IMG/VR virus record: IMGVR_UViG_3300049215_000496
Coordinates: 25,082 to 89,081 of that record
Direction: 5' to 3' (one strand)
DNA length: 64,000 nucleotides
Source of the DNA: a virus
A program made the position numbers and the translations under genes. Below the pieces are notes generated by a model. That model made no database searches and was not told the origin of the DNA. It saw only the letters and a list, made by a program, of their open reading frames with translations. This document shows positions 49,583 through 59,061 of the stretch, one piece after another (position 1 is the first letter of the stretch; every line of letters starts with the position of its first letter).

Positions 49583-49676
49583 TCGCGCGCGCACAATAAG
49601 CGATTATCAACGTATGTATATAAAGAAGGGCTTCTTCGTATACACGCGTTAATAACCGCTTATTGTGCGCGCGCGA
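49583..49676. repeat. 94-bp near-perfect palindrome (46-bp arms, 6 mismatches, GG centre)
   Basis: Outer 20 bp perfect: TCGCGCGCGCACAATAAGCG / CGCTTATTGTGCGCGCGCGA. Confidence 0.95.
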
Positions 49677-49753
49677 GGAGGGGGCTCCGTTGAACGTGCA
49701 GCGCACGCCAAAAACGTGTTATAGGAGTAATCGTGGCAGCGATCATTCCCGGC

Positions 49754-49996
49754 ATGCGAATCACCGTGATGTCTCGTATGGAACTGGAAAGTGGCCCCGT
49801 GCCAGAACCGCTGCGGGGCACTGTGCTGCATGTGCACGAATCACGAATCACGTGGCGGACGCCCAACGGTTCGTTCGGTTGGCCTTTGCTGCTTCACGAC
49901 GAAGGCGTGCGCTGGATCCGTGGGCACCACGCGCCGAACAGCCAAGAAGTGCTTGCTCTCCAAGCGGCGTTCGCGTTGGCAGGATCCGGCACTTGA
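49754..49996 (+). CDS. hypothetical protein
   Basis: ORF track. Confidence 0.55.
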   Translation: MRITVMSRMELESGPVPEPLRGTVLHVHESRITWRTPNGSFGWPLLLHDEGVRWIRGHHAPNSQEVLALQAAFALAGSGT

Positions 49997-50053
49997 CGCG
50001 AGCCTGCACACAGGCGCTTGACACGTTTCGCGAACTCGTGCAGGCTTCCCCAC

Positions 50054-50314
50054 ATGGCGACTCCCGCCGAAACCAAAACCGCAATCGGCGACGAGATCCG
50101 CCGACTGCGTGACGCGCTCGGGATGACATTGCAGGATTTCGGGCGCCACGTCGGTGTGCCGTGGCAAACGATTCAGGCGTACGAGACCGGGCGCGTGATG
50201 CCCCCTGCGGATCGGCTGTTCAAAATCGTGCACGCGTGCCGGCGTGCGAAAGAGCCGTTCCGGTTCGAGCACGTTGCGCGTGCTGTCGGAACAGCGGTAT
50301 TGCGAGCTGCATGA
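50054..50314 (+). CDS. XRE-family HTH transcriptional regulator
   Basis: IGDEIRRLR…MTLQDFG…VPWQTIQAYETGRVMP; TTGACA-17-CAGGCT-7-ATG. Confidence 0.88.
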   Translation: MATPAETKTAIGDEIRRLRDALGMTLQDFGRHVGVPWQTIQAYETGRVMPPADRLFKIVHACRRAKEPFRFEHVARAVGTAVLRAA

Positions 50315-50376
50315 TGCGAGATCGTGTGCATTCAGCAAAGCAGCAGATGTTTTGCTGGCAGGGAGGGAAGAGCGCC

Positions 50377-50640
50377 ATGAAAAAGCAAACGCGCTATCAC
50401 GTGGTCGGGACAGATCGCGACACACATCTGTTCGAGGAATGCGGGGACACTTCGGGGGAGCTTTATCGGCTCGCGCCGTGCAAATCGGGGCAGCCCATCA
50501 ACGGGCAACTCGTCACCGTTACGCGGGAGGACGAGGAGCATTTTCGGTTCGATGCTGTGGAATTGTCAGGTCCTGTACAAGTCGCAACACCCGCGTATCG
50601 CAAGGGGTGGGCCGATACTTTCGGCGGCGCTCCGAACTAG
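50377..50640 (+). CDS. hypothetical protein (…GPVQVATPAYRKGWADTFG)
   Basis: SD GGAGG. Confidence 0.65.
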   Translation: MKKQTRYHVVGTDRDTHLFEECGDTSGELYRLAPCKSGQPINGQLVTVTREDEEHFRFDAVELSGPVQVATPAYRKGWADTFGGAPN

Positions 50641-50661
50641 CTGGTTGTACAAGCGGGTGCC

Positions 50662-50952
50662 ATGTCACGCGCAGCCACCCTAGGGCCGGCTCCAACCAGA
50701 GTCACGATACGGTGCCCTGTGTGTGGTCGAGACCACGAGCCGCAGGCGTTTGGGTTGACTCCCGACGGCTCCTACGACGCCGCCAACGCGCACCGCAACG
50801 AGATGTCGCTCAGAATCGACCGGTTTGGGGGACCGCAGCGGATCACGGTAGAGCGCCACCCGGTGCCTCTCGCAATTGCCTACGGGCTCCGGGATGCTCT
50901 GCGTGCCGCTTTAGCGCGGGTCGAGGCTGATATCGCAGCGGCGGGCGAGTGA
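50662..50952 (+). CDS. hypothetical protein (CPVCG)
   Basis: ORF track. Confidence 0.6.
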   Translation: MSRAATLGPAPTRVTIRCPVCGRDHEPQAFGLTPDGSYDAANAHRNEMSLRIDRFGGPQRITVERHPVPLAIAYGLRDALRAALARVEADIAAAGE

Positions 50953-51309
50953 CTACGCCGCGTCCGTGTCGTCTGGCTGTGCGGCCGTTGGTTCCACAAC
51001 ATCGGCAACCGCCGACATCTCCAGGCCCCACAGCAGGACAGCCTCGAACACCGGTGTCAAAAATACAGCGAGCACGCCCGCCAACAAAACCCCGAGCGAT
51101 TGTGGAGCAACATCGACAGGCCGCACGCCGATCATCCCAAGAAACAGCCCGAGCCAGAAACCCGAGCACGCCGGGCACCGCAACAGTTCGTCGACAAAAC
51201 CCTTGGTGTGCGACCAGAACGGCTCCGCGATCTTCGAGCGCGCGACGAGCCAGTGAATCGAGCTGGCGAGAATTCCGAGGAGCAACAGGTGAGGCAGATT
51301 TACGGTCAT
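50953..51309 (-). CDS. DUF1360-like membrane protein
   Basis: ELLRCPACSGFW plus TM helices; TACCCT-7-ATG. Confidence 0.7.
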   Translation of the reverse strand: MTVNLPHLLLLGILASSIHWLVARSKIAEPFWSHTKGFVDELLRCPACSGFWLGLFLGMIGVRPVDVAPQSLGVLLAGVLAVFLTPVFEAVLLWGLEMSAVADVVEPTAAQPDDTDAA

Positions 51310-51333
51310 CCGCCGGAGGGTACGGGATCTCGG

Positions 51334-51759
51334 CTACCCGCGCAACCGCCGCTGCAAATCCGTTTTCGTGGTAGTCGCTGTCCATGCAGCACATGTGCTT
51401 TGCATGTCGGTCGGCAGCAAATCACGCCGGCAAAATCCGAAGTCGTGCGGATCTAGCACCAGCGATTTGCGCCCGGGGAAGTCCTTTACGATCGGCGTCT
51501 TGAACGTGCCGTCAGGCTGTACTTCCAGTCCGTGCGCCATGAAGTGCTGCACGACGCGTTTCGTTTCTACACGCTCCCATTTCGCGCACATCATGCACGG
51601 GCGCAGTTCAACACCCGTGGCCATTTGGATCGCACCGCGTGCGGTCTGCTCACCGTCCCCGCCTGTGATCTGGATGGATTGCCAGCACGTGCCGTCGGGG
51701 CTGCAGGATGCGCATGGATGCGTGCCGTGATCTTCGTGGTTGCAAGCAGGACAGGACAT
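51334..51759 (-). CDS. Cys-rich Zn-binding hypothetical protein
   Basis: CPAC, CASC, CMMC. Confidence 0.65.
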   Translation of the reverse strand: MSCPACNHEDHGTHPCASCSPDGTCWQSIQITGGDGEQTARGAIQMATGVELRPCMMCAKWERVETKRVVQHFMAHGLEVQPDGTFKTPIVKDFPGRKSLVLDPHDFGFCRRDLLPTDMQSTCAAWTATTTKTDLQRRLRG

Positions 51760-51851
51760 TGCGATCCACGGTAACGCGTTAGAAAACTAGCGACAAGCAG
51801 TTTCTTTCGAGATACGATGCCGGGCTAGTTCCACAGCGAGGTGAATGCAAA

Positions 51852-53837
51852 ATGGCTGTAAGCACAATCGAACCGCTTCCAAAGTCGCAACCCGACATGT
51901 CGAAGCTGAACACGTTCACGGGGCACACCGTTACCGTGACCAAACACGTGGCGCCGCGGAACAGCACGGGGCAGATGGTTGTTCCCACACAGCAGATGAA
52001 ACTGACGCAGATTCTGGAGCTGATGACATCCACGCCGATGCAATACGGTCCGGGGTATTACCGCTTCACGGTGTCAGACACCGGCGGCACCGGCGACGAT
52101 GTCTGGCTCGTGAAGCTAGGTCCCGATTTTCAGGAGGCTCCCCAGATGGCGAACGTGACACCAATCGGTCCTGGACAGCAACCCCCCGCCGGAGAGGGCG
52201 TCGTCCATCTCGGACATGGGTTCTACTACAACGCAGATCTCGGGACGCTGACCACACCGTGGCGAACAGTTCACAACTGGAAGCAAGGCGATCCGATTCC
52301 CACACAGCCAACCAGTTCGAGCGTACAAACACCCGCTGCAACACCGTGGTGGCAAAATCTTCCGCAGCAGCAGCCGGGCGGTTGGGGCGGGTTTCCGGTT
52401 GGAGGCTCCGACGATCGCGTGAAGCAGCTCGAACAGCAAATTGCCGATCAGACCAGACGGCAAGAACAAGCTGATTTGCGTGCAGAGATGCGCCGCGTGG
52501 AAGAGAACGCGCAGAAGCGCGCGGACGAGCAAGCAGCACGTTTCGAAAAGCTGATCGAGAAGCTGACGTCGAAGCCTGCGGGGCCATCTGAAGCGGAACA
52601 ACGGCTTGAGCGGGAATTGGCGGAGCAACGACGTCGAATAGAAGAACGCGAGCGCGAAGACCGTTTGCGTGCGGAAATCAAAGCGCAGCAAGACAACACA
52701 GATCGATTGCTTCGTGAGATGAACACAAACAAAACAGATCCGATGATTCCACTGTTGATGCAGGTCATGACGGCTGCGTCTTCCCAAGCGCAGGAAACAG
52801 TCAAAGCGATTCAGTCCAGTACGCAAGCCACAGCGGCAGCATCCGAACGGGGCACGCAAGAACTCGTACGGCAGCTTTCAGCATCTGTGATGTCACCGTT
52901 GCAACTCGTACAACTGATACAGTCGTCAAAGGGCGAAGGCGCAGAAATGGGCCGGATGGTGATCGACGCGACCAAAGAAACAATGAGCATGCAAAAGGAG
53001 GTCTATCAGCAGTTGCTCGACGTCGCGGGATCGTCAGGACAGCCTGCGTGGGTGGGGCTCGTGCAGGAAGCGATGTCAAAGATCGGTGACGTTGGCGCGG
53101 CGCTCGCAGCTCGTGGGCAGCAACCGGCCCCAATGATGATGCCTCCACCTCCACAGCGCCAGATGGTGCAGCAAATGCCACAACAACGACAAGCGGCAGC
53201 GCCTCAAATCGCACCACAACCTGTCCAACATGGGCCTATGACTCCGGCAGCGTTGCGAGAGCAAGCGGCAGCGCAGGTTCCGCACCTTGTGCCAACACAA
53301 GCTCCAGCGATGCATGCTGCGCCCATGGCAGGTCCGATGAATGGGGCTACTGCTCCCGCGCAAGCTGCGCCACCCCCGGTAGAAGTTATTCCTCCCGCAA
53401 AGGCGGCAAGGAAGCCGACGAGACGCAAATCGCGTAAATCCCAAGAGCCTGCACCACCCGCTGATCCGAAGGGCTACACGATCGAGGAGATGCGTGTACA
53501 GGATCCCGATGAGGTACGCGCCGTGATCGCGCCGTTCAGTGATGAACAGGTGTTTGGTGGGTTGTATCAGTACGTGCTGCAATTGCGCAGTTCACAGTTG
53601 CCTCCAGACACTGTGGCGGCGTACATCCTGCAGGCACGCGAAGCGGCGGTGCAGCAGGGTATGATCACACCAGCAATCGAATTGCTGTTGTCAGAGCAAC
53701 TCGATGTGCTTGTCGAGCGGTTGTTCCCGGAAGCCCCAAAGGGGTATCACGTGGCTGTTGTGCAGGCGATGGCCACTGCGATCAGTGCGAAGGATGGTGA
53801 CGAGGATGAAGACGAGGAAGACGAAACGGAGGCATAG
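51852..53837 (+). CDS. 661-aa coiled-coil, Gln/Pro-rich protein
   Basis: SD GAGGTG; long E/R/Q coiled coil; acidic C-terminus. Confidence 0.85.
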   Translation: MAVSTIEPLPKSQPDMSKLNTFTGHTVTVTKHVAPRNSTGQMVVPTQQMKLTQILELMTSTPMQYGPGYYRFTVSDTGGTGDDVWLVKLGPDFQEAPQMANVTPIGPGQQPPAGEGVVHLGHGFYYNADLGTLTTPWRTVHNWKQGDPIPTQPTSSSVQTPAATPWWQNLPQQQPGGWGGFPVGGSDDRVKQLEQQIADQTRRQEQADLRAEMRRVEENAQKRADEQAARFEKLIEKLTSKPAGPSEAEQRLERELAEQRRRIEEREREDRLRAEIKAQQDNTDRLLREMNTNKTDPMIPLLMQVMTAASSQAQETVKAIQSSTQATAAASERGTQELVRQLSASVMSPLQLVQLIQSSKGEGAEMGRMVIDATKETMSMQKEVYQQLLDVAGSSGQPAWVGLVQEAMSKIGDVGAALAARGQQPAPMMMPPPPQRQMVQQMPQQRQAAAPQIAPQPVQHGPMTPAALREQAAAQVPHLVPTQAPAMHAAPMAGPMNGATAPAQAAPPPVEVIPPAKAARKPTRRKSRKSQEPAPPADPKGYTIEEMRVQDPDEVRAVIAPFSDEQVFGGLYQYVLQLRSSQLPPDTVAAYILQAREAAVQQGMITPAIELLLSEQLDVLVERLFPEAPKGYHVAVVQAMATAISAKDGDEDEDEEDETEA

Positions 53838-53882
53838 CGGCGTTTTGTTGACTACGTGTGTAGCGCACCGTAAGCTTGCTTG

Positions 53883-54278
53883 ATGCTGCTGCGAGGAAAC
53901 CCAGACGCCACACTGCACGAAGCCCGCGGGATGCTGAAACGTGCACGCGAAGAAGCACGCGGACAAGGCAACACGCTTCAGGTTCGACAAGCGGCCGAGA
54001 AGGTGTGGCTCGCGGCGTCCACGGCTGCCGATGCGATGATCGGGGGCGCCGTCGAAAATTCTGGAGCGGTCGTCAAAACGTTTGAGCGCGCGTGGGGTGC
54101 GGAAGGGCGTGAGATCGCCAAGGACATTTCGATTTCGCTCCATCGCGGGTGCTTCTACGGGGGCGCCAAAGAATGTGACGGAGCGTATGTGTTGAAGTTC
54201 GCAGATCGCCTTGGGCGAGTGCTCAACAAACCTGTACGGGACGCAATGCTGCGTAGGAGGGTGTCCCGCAATGGCTAA
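53883..54278 (+). CDS. PaREP1-like HEPN-family protein
   Basis: QAAEKVWLAA…LHRGCFY; TTGACT-17-TAAGCT-6-ATG. Confidence 0.65.
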   Translation: MLLRGNPDATLHEARGMLKRAREEARGQGNTLQVRQAAEKVWLAASTAADAMIGGAVENSGAVVKTFERAWGAEGREIAKDISISLHRGCFYGGAKECDGAYVLKFADRLGRVLNKPVRDAMLRRRVSRNG

Positions 54279-54468
54279 GAAACGACAAGAGGCGATGCCT
54301 GTCCGTGTTTCCCCGGACGCGTACGACTGCTTGAAGAGGCTCACGAGTAAAGCCGCTCGTGAGGGCTGGCGCAGCGTTGGGTTTCCGGAGCGGGACGATC
54401 CGCCAACGCTGTCTGCGGTTTTGGGGGCTGCGCTGACGGCACTTGAGCAGGCACATCCGACGAGTTGA
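54271..54468 (+). CDS. RHH-like small DNA-binding protein
   Basis: PVRVSPDAYDCLKRL…TLSAVL; SD AGGAGG. Confidence 0.6.
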   Translation: MAKKRQEAMPVRVSPDAYDCLKRLTSKAAREGWRSVGFPERDDPPTLSAVLGAALTALEQAHPTS

Positions 54469-54501
54469 CACGCTACCGGGGTAGGTCGTACGCTCGTACC
54501 C

Positions 54502-54630
54502 ATGGCAAGACGACGTCAGAACATTCCCCAGAAGTGCAAGACCGGTCTGTCCCACTGCATGAAGGGGGGCGGCAAGCGGCGCGCTGGTCCCTGCATGCGT
54601 GCGTTTTGGGCGTGCCGGCGGGCGGCGTAG
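54502..54630 (+). CDS. 42-aa basic Cys protein starting MARRR (not in ORF track)
   Basis: TTGACA-18-TACGCT-7-ATG. Confidence 0.6.
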   Translation: MARRRQNIPQKCKTGLSHCMKGGGKRRAGPCMRAFWACRRAA

Positions 54631-54876
54631 ATGGCTCGTCGCCGCACACGATGCGGGGCTCGGGGCTTCCGATCACGATCACGTGACGATAGCCCAACGG
54701 CACGTCAACGATACGTGGAGGGATCTCGAACGCATGAAATGAAACCCACCCGCGCCGAAGCGTGCAGCATCCTGTCCTGTCTCGGGGCGAACAAGGATTT
54801 CTTCGCGCAGAGCGCCAACGGCTCGCGGGCGCGGTATTTACGGCAGCGGGCTCCGTGGACCAATCGAGGTGCGTGA
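54631..54876 (+). CDS. basic protein starting MARRR
   Basis: Abuts upstream stop. Confidence 0.5.
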   Translation: MARRRTRCGARGFRSRSRDDSPTARQRYVEGSRTHEMKPTRAEACSILSCLGANKDFFAQSANGSRARYLRQRAPWTNRGA

Positions 54877-55147
54877 GCTGCAACTGTTCTGCGAGAACGA
54901 CGGTGATCTCTATCGCCAGCAGGTAGTGCCGATCCAGAACAGCCTCAAGCGCAAGATCTCCAAGGGCATTTTCGATCGCGCGAAGGCCGAGAAGCTCTGG
55001 ATGTACCTAGCGGACAACTGCGCCAAGAAGTACGCGAAAGAGTTCGGCTCGCCGGGGCAGCCCTGGCACAAGATGTTCTCGACGTCGGACCGGCGCGCGG
55101 TGGCAAAGTCGTTCAACGACGCCTTCGTGCAAGAATACGGAGGATAG
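54869..55147 (+). CDS. conserved phage hypothetical protein
   Basis: ELQLFCENDGDLYRQ…AKKYAKEF. Confidence 0.65.
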   Translation: MRELQLFCENDGDLYRQQVVPIQNSLKRKISKGIFDRAKAEKLWMYLADNCAKKYAKEFGSPGQPWHKMFSTSDRRAVAKSFNDAFVQEYGG

Positions 55148-55318
55148 ATGGCCAAGCCACCGGTATCACATCGCGACTCAGAACGGGTATGTTGACGGCA
55201 CGTTTTCGAAGCGCGAGGTCAACAAGGTTCTCACAGAGAACGCGCGGGTTCGTGCAGCGGATACGACACTCACGCCGTCAATCGCTGTGGGTTCACCGGA
55301 GTGCTGGGCACGGATACA

Positions 55319-55645
55319 TCACGGCCGGGAAAGTGACGTAGCCGCTCGAACCAGCACGAACCCGTTCTCGCGCCAATCGTACAACGCGTGATCTGGGAAA
55401 TCCCCACTCCCGCGGAATGCCGCTTCGAGTTTCATTACGAAGCGTTGAAGGTCTACTCGAAGCTCGTGCGTAATGTCGCGGTCTTGATCGGACCATCCGT
55501 CGCGCACTGGTAGTAAGTACGGGAAGGTCTGCATCGGGTCGGGGGACAGCGCGCGACGGATGGTTGACCAGTCGGGGGCAGGGTGGGGGAGCCGCAGGAA
55601 CATCTTGGGCTCGGGGGCGTTGACGAGATAGAGGTGGGTTCTCAT
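55319..55645 (-). CDS. hypothetical protein
   Basis: ATGA coupling to the Ala-rich remnant. Confidence 0.55.
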   Translation of the reverse strand: MRTHLYLVNAPEPKMFLRLPHPAPDWSTIRRALSPDPMQTFPYLLPVRDGWSDQDRDITHELRVDLQRFVMKLEAAFRGSGDFPDHALYDWRENGFVLVRAATSLSRP

Positions 55646-55755
55646 TGTTGGACGATTTTGATCAGAGCTTCGCGCATTCGCGTGTAGGGGTTGGCGACGG
55701 TGGGTGTTAGTGCAGCAGCGGCATATGCGTATGCGGCGGCGTTGGCTGCGACAAT
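55642..55755 (-). pseudogene. decapitated third copy of the Ala-rich family
   Basis: Frame reads IVAANAAAYAYAAAALTPTVANPYTRMREALIKIVQQ*, matching the RMREAL C-termini of both paralogs; cut at the 75-bp repeat. Confidence 0.7.
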
Positions 55756-55794
55756 TGACGTCAGGATGGCCAATTGTGCAAGTCATGGAGAGGT

Positions 55795-56010
55795 CTATCG
55801 GGCAGATGGTGCTGTTTCTTTAGCAATATGCAAGTGGAATGATCTGTGCAGCAGATCGCTCCCAGCTACGTTCGATTTGCTTCTTAGCCTGTCGTGCTTC
55901 AGTAGCAGTTTCGTACCGTTTGGCGTACTCTTGATGAGTGCGTCGAATCCAGCACCTGTGTAGAAGTACGAACAGAAGCCGGTGGGCTGTTCGAGCACGT
56001 ACGCCATCAA
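55795..56010 (-). pseudogene. small protein, probably frameshifted near 55930
   Basis: After FYTGAGFDALIK the alternative frame gives EYAKRYETATEARQAKKQIERSW…YC*; the ORF-track tail is borrowed from the repeat. Confidence 0.4.
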
Positions 56011-56207
56011 ATGTGCCCTCGCACCAAGTTCACGGCCCCCCGCTCAATCTTGTGCGCGATCATGTACGCTTGTGTCGGGTACGTCCAGACGCCGACCAGC
56101 ACGAGCGCCAAGCCCACCACCAATACAATCTTCGATGCCATGGCGATCACACGCACAGAAACAGCCGCTAGCACGAGCGCGATTAACCCTACCACCAGCG
56201 TTTCCAT
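56007..56207 (-). CDS. small two-TM membrane protein
   Basis: Hydrophobic; TAATG coupling. Confidence 0.65.
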   Translation of the reverse strand: METLVVGLIALVLAAVSVRVIAMASKIVLVVGLALVLVGVWTYPTQAYMIAHKIERGAVNLVRGHI

Positions 56208-56683
56208 TAGTTCTTCCTCAAGTCTTTGAGGGCGCTCTTCACCAGTATTTCTAATGGCTGTGCGAGATTCATCTTCGCCAACAGCGGCTCGTACTCTTCG
56301 CGGCGGTATCCGAAGTTCTTGAGTGCTACGTGCACGTCCGAAATCTTGAGCCTGGCGCTTGGCGTTAACTGTGCCTGTTGTGCTGCTTGGTTTAGTGCAA
56401 CGTCAAGCTCGTGCGACAATGCAGCCTTTCGCACTTCTCGCTGTTCGTGGCGCCGATTGACAGAGCGCTTGCGTATGGCGACAAGCGCACGTCCTATGGA
56501 GACATCCAGACCCGCCAGGCCCCCAGCGACAGCTCCCAAGACGAAGACAATCAGGCGCATGCCAAATGTGCCAAACAGATACAGTGTGGCACGTGTGAGC
56601 TGTTGCCCAACAAAACCACAATGTGGTGCGTTGTTGATGAAGATCGCGAGAGCAAGGAGGAGCAGGGCTTGGAGTTTTTTCAT
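56207..56683 (-). CDS. membrane protein with C-terminal RuvA domain-III-like module
   Basis: N-terminal TMs; ISDVHVALKNFGYRREE…LEILVKSALKDL. Confidence 0.65.
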   Translation of the reverse strand: MKKLQALLLLALAIFINNAPHCGFVGQQLTRATLYLFGTFGMRLIVFVLGAVAGGLAGLDVSIGRALVAIRKRSVNRRHEQREVRKAALSHELDVALNQAAQQAQLTPSARLKISDVHVALKNFGYRREEYEPLLAKMNLAQPLEILVKSALKDLRKN

Positions 56684-56684
56684 T

Positions 56685-56730
56685 TTGGCGTTTTCCTTTC
56701 TGTGCTGTTTATACAGCATATCCCGTGCCA
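56685..56730 (-). promoter_or_regulatory. sigma54-type promoter + palindrome + shared SD leader (copy 1)
   Basis: TGGCACGGGATATGCT (GG-N10-GC), TGCTGT-ATAA-ACAGCA, AGAAAGGAAAACGCCAA. Confidence 0.75.
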
Positions 56731-56894
56731 GCGCACGCTAACTAAGCGCCTCTGCGCTTCCGCAGCTAAACACATCTGGTGGCAGCGGTCCGACAGGTGG
56801 TGCGGGATTGATCGGCACATCGAGGTTCACCTCCGGATTGGTCAATCGACATACGATCTCGAATCGGGTTGCACGCAAACCCTTTCTGTGCCGT

Positions 56895-57098
56895 TCAGCC
56901 ACTGTGTGGCGTGATCGCCCCACTCAATTGCACTTCTGTCTCAAGTTCAATTCCTAGCGTGCTGCCACATCGTAGGCAGTTTCGTAGAACGTAGTCGCTG
57001 TCGCCCGGGGCTCCCCGCTGGACGCCAATCAACACCGTTTCGGTTCGGAGGCGCGTCAGATCGGCTTTGACGTCAGGATGGCCAATTGTGCAAGTCAT
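56895..57098 (-). CDS. small Zn-binding protein
   Basis: RNCLRCGSTL; start lies inside the 75-bp repeat. Confidence 0.6.
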   Translation of the reverse strand: MTCTIGHPDVKADLTRLRTETVLIGVQRGAPGDSDYVLRNCLRCGSTLGIELETEVQLSGAITPHSG

Positions 57099-57106
57099 GG
57101 AGAGGT

Positions 57107-57660
<554 letters not shown>

Positions 57661-57664
<4 letters not shown>

Positions 57665-57903
57665 CGTCCGACCAGTCTGCGCTCCGCTGCACGTGCGAGG
57701 GCGCGCTCGCGGTAGGCTTTGACCGCTTCTTCATCCGTGTGCGACGGTACTCCGATCAGCATCGTCATAGCACCAGTGCATGTCATGCATGCATCGATTT
57801 TGTACGGCTGCCCGCCGATGCTGAACGTCAGCACGTGCGTTGCGTGTTCGCCACACATGCAATCACCTTGTGTTCCTTTTGCAAGTTCGATAGCGAACCA
57901 CAT
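57661..57903 (-). CDS. small Zn-binding hypothetical protein
   Basis: CMCG…CMTC; coupled. Confidence 0.55.
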
Positions 57904-58004
57904 CACATCCCGAAGAACTTGAAGGCGATGTCGACAATAGAATCGACCGAACAGACGATCAGAACGACAGCGAGCACGGCAGTGAATTTCAGAATTGCAG
58001 TCAT
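57903..58004 (-). CDS. 33-aa hydrophobic peptide with shared leader (not in ORF track)
   Basis: AAAGGAAAACGCC-ATG; MTAILKFTAVLAVVLIVCS…. Confidence 0.55.
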   Translation of the reverse strand: MTAILKFTAVLAVVLIVCSVDSIVDIAFKFFGM

Positions 58005-58594
58005 GGCGTTTTCCTTTCCTTTTTGGCTTCATCGAATGCCCAATTAATTTCAGCTGCTACCGCGTCTGTGCCTCCGACATCCGGGTGGTGCGTGGCCAGT
58101 AGTTTCAAGCGCGCTTGTTCGATCACTTCCCACGGCGCCATTTCTCTGACGCCAAGCACTTGCCACCACGTTCGTGCTTCGGGCATCGCGGGCAGCGCCC
58201 GGTACCCGCCGAACGCTTGCTCGACCGAACCTATTCCCCACCGCAGTTGCCCGCGCATCGCCGACACGTGCTTGCGCAGCGCGACCATGTTGTGCGCGAC
58301 CGTATCCCATTTGTCGCCCGCCAGGACGCGCGGTTCGTTCTTGATTCGAAAGTACACCGCGACACCGTGGTCCGCAGGCTCGCGTGCTTTGGAGTAGGGC
58401 AACCCGTCAAGCCGAACGGGGATGTTCGTCGACAGCACGATCGACGTCGCGTGCAGTAGACGCAGCTCTTGCTCCAGGCCTGATCTCGCTTTGTACAGTG
58501 TGATGTGGCGATCGAATCGGGAGGACTGCGGAGATTTTGTTCGAGGCCACCCGGCAGGCCAAGCCAGGGGGTAGCTCTCGTGGCTTTCAGGCAT
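58001..58594 (-). CDS. phage J-domain (DnaJ-like) protein
   Basis: YPLAWPAGWPRT N-terminus; WWQVLGV…HHPDVGG. Confidence 0.85.
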   Translation of the reverse strand: MPESHESYPLAWPAGWPRTKSPQSSRFDRHITLYKARSGLEQELRLLHATSIVLSTNIPVRLDGLPYSKAREPADHGVAVYFRIKNEPRVLAGDKWDTVAHNMVALRKHVSAMRGQLRWGIGSVEQAFGGYRALPAMPEARTWWQVLGVREMAPWEVIEQARLKLLATHHPDVGGTDAVAAEINWAFDEAKKERKTP

Positions 58595-58905
58595 CACGCC
58601 ACCACCGGAACGCGCTTGATCCGAGCCGCCCACTTGCGGGCGAATGCTGCACGGCGCGCGGGATTGATAAGAGTCCCTGGGTTTGCAGCCACTTGAAGAA
58701 GGAACGGTAGCAACAAGTCTCCGCGGCGCTTCTGTCCCTCACAGAGCGCGAGCAGGTTGTACGCCGTTGAGTCGCGTTCGCGAACACCTGCGTGGGCGTT
58801 CACACACGCGTCAATGGCAGGGCTGCGGTCCTGCATAATCGCTATCCATCGTGGTTGTTGTAGGTGGGCGTGCCAAAAGTTGACGTGCGTCTGTGTGAGC
58901 TTCAT
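58594..58905 (-). CDS. hypothetical protein
   Basis: Preceded by shared leader and promoter copy 2. Confidence 0.65.
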   Translation of the reverse strand: MKLTQTHVNFWHAHLQQPRWIAIMQDRSPAIDACVNAHAGVRERDSTAYNLLALCEGQKRRGDLLLPFLLQVAANPGTLINPARRAAFARKWAARIKRVPVVA

Positions 58906-58907
58906 TG

Positions 58908-58951
58908 GGCGTTTTCCTTTCTGTGCTGTTTATACAGCATCATCCGTGCCG
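58908..58951 (-). promoter_or_regulatory. sigma54-type promoter + palindrome + leader (copy 2)
   Basis: CGGCACGGATGATGCT; 33 bp (58908-58940) identical to 56687-56719. Confidence 0.75.
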
Positions 58952-59061
58952 GGGCAAGATCCGCCCTTTTCACCTCACGTGTGAAGCTTTTGCGTCGCCA
59001 AGCGCGCCACACTGGGCCGGTCCTGCCGGGGCGATCCCGCTCAAAAGCGCGGGAACTTGAC

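Noticed and set aside
56703-56718. LexA/SOS box
   Set aside because: CTGT-N4-ACAG spacing does not match the CTGT-N8-ACAG box.
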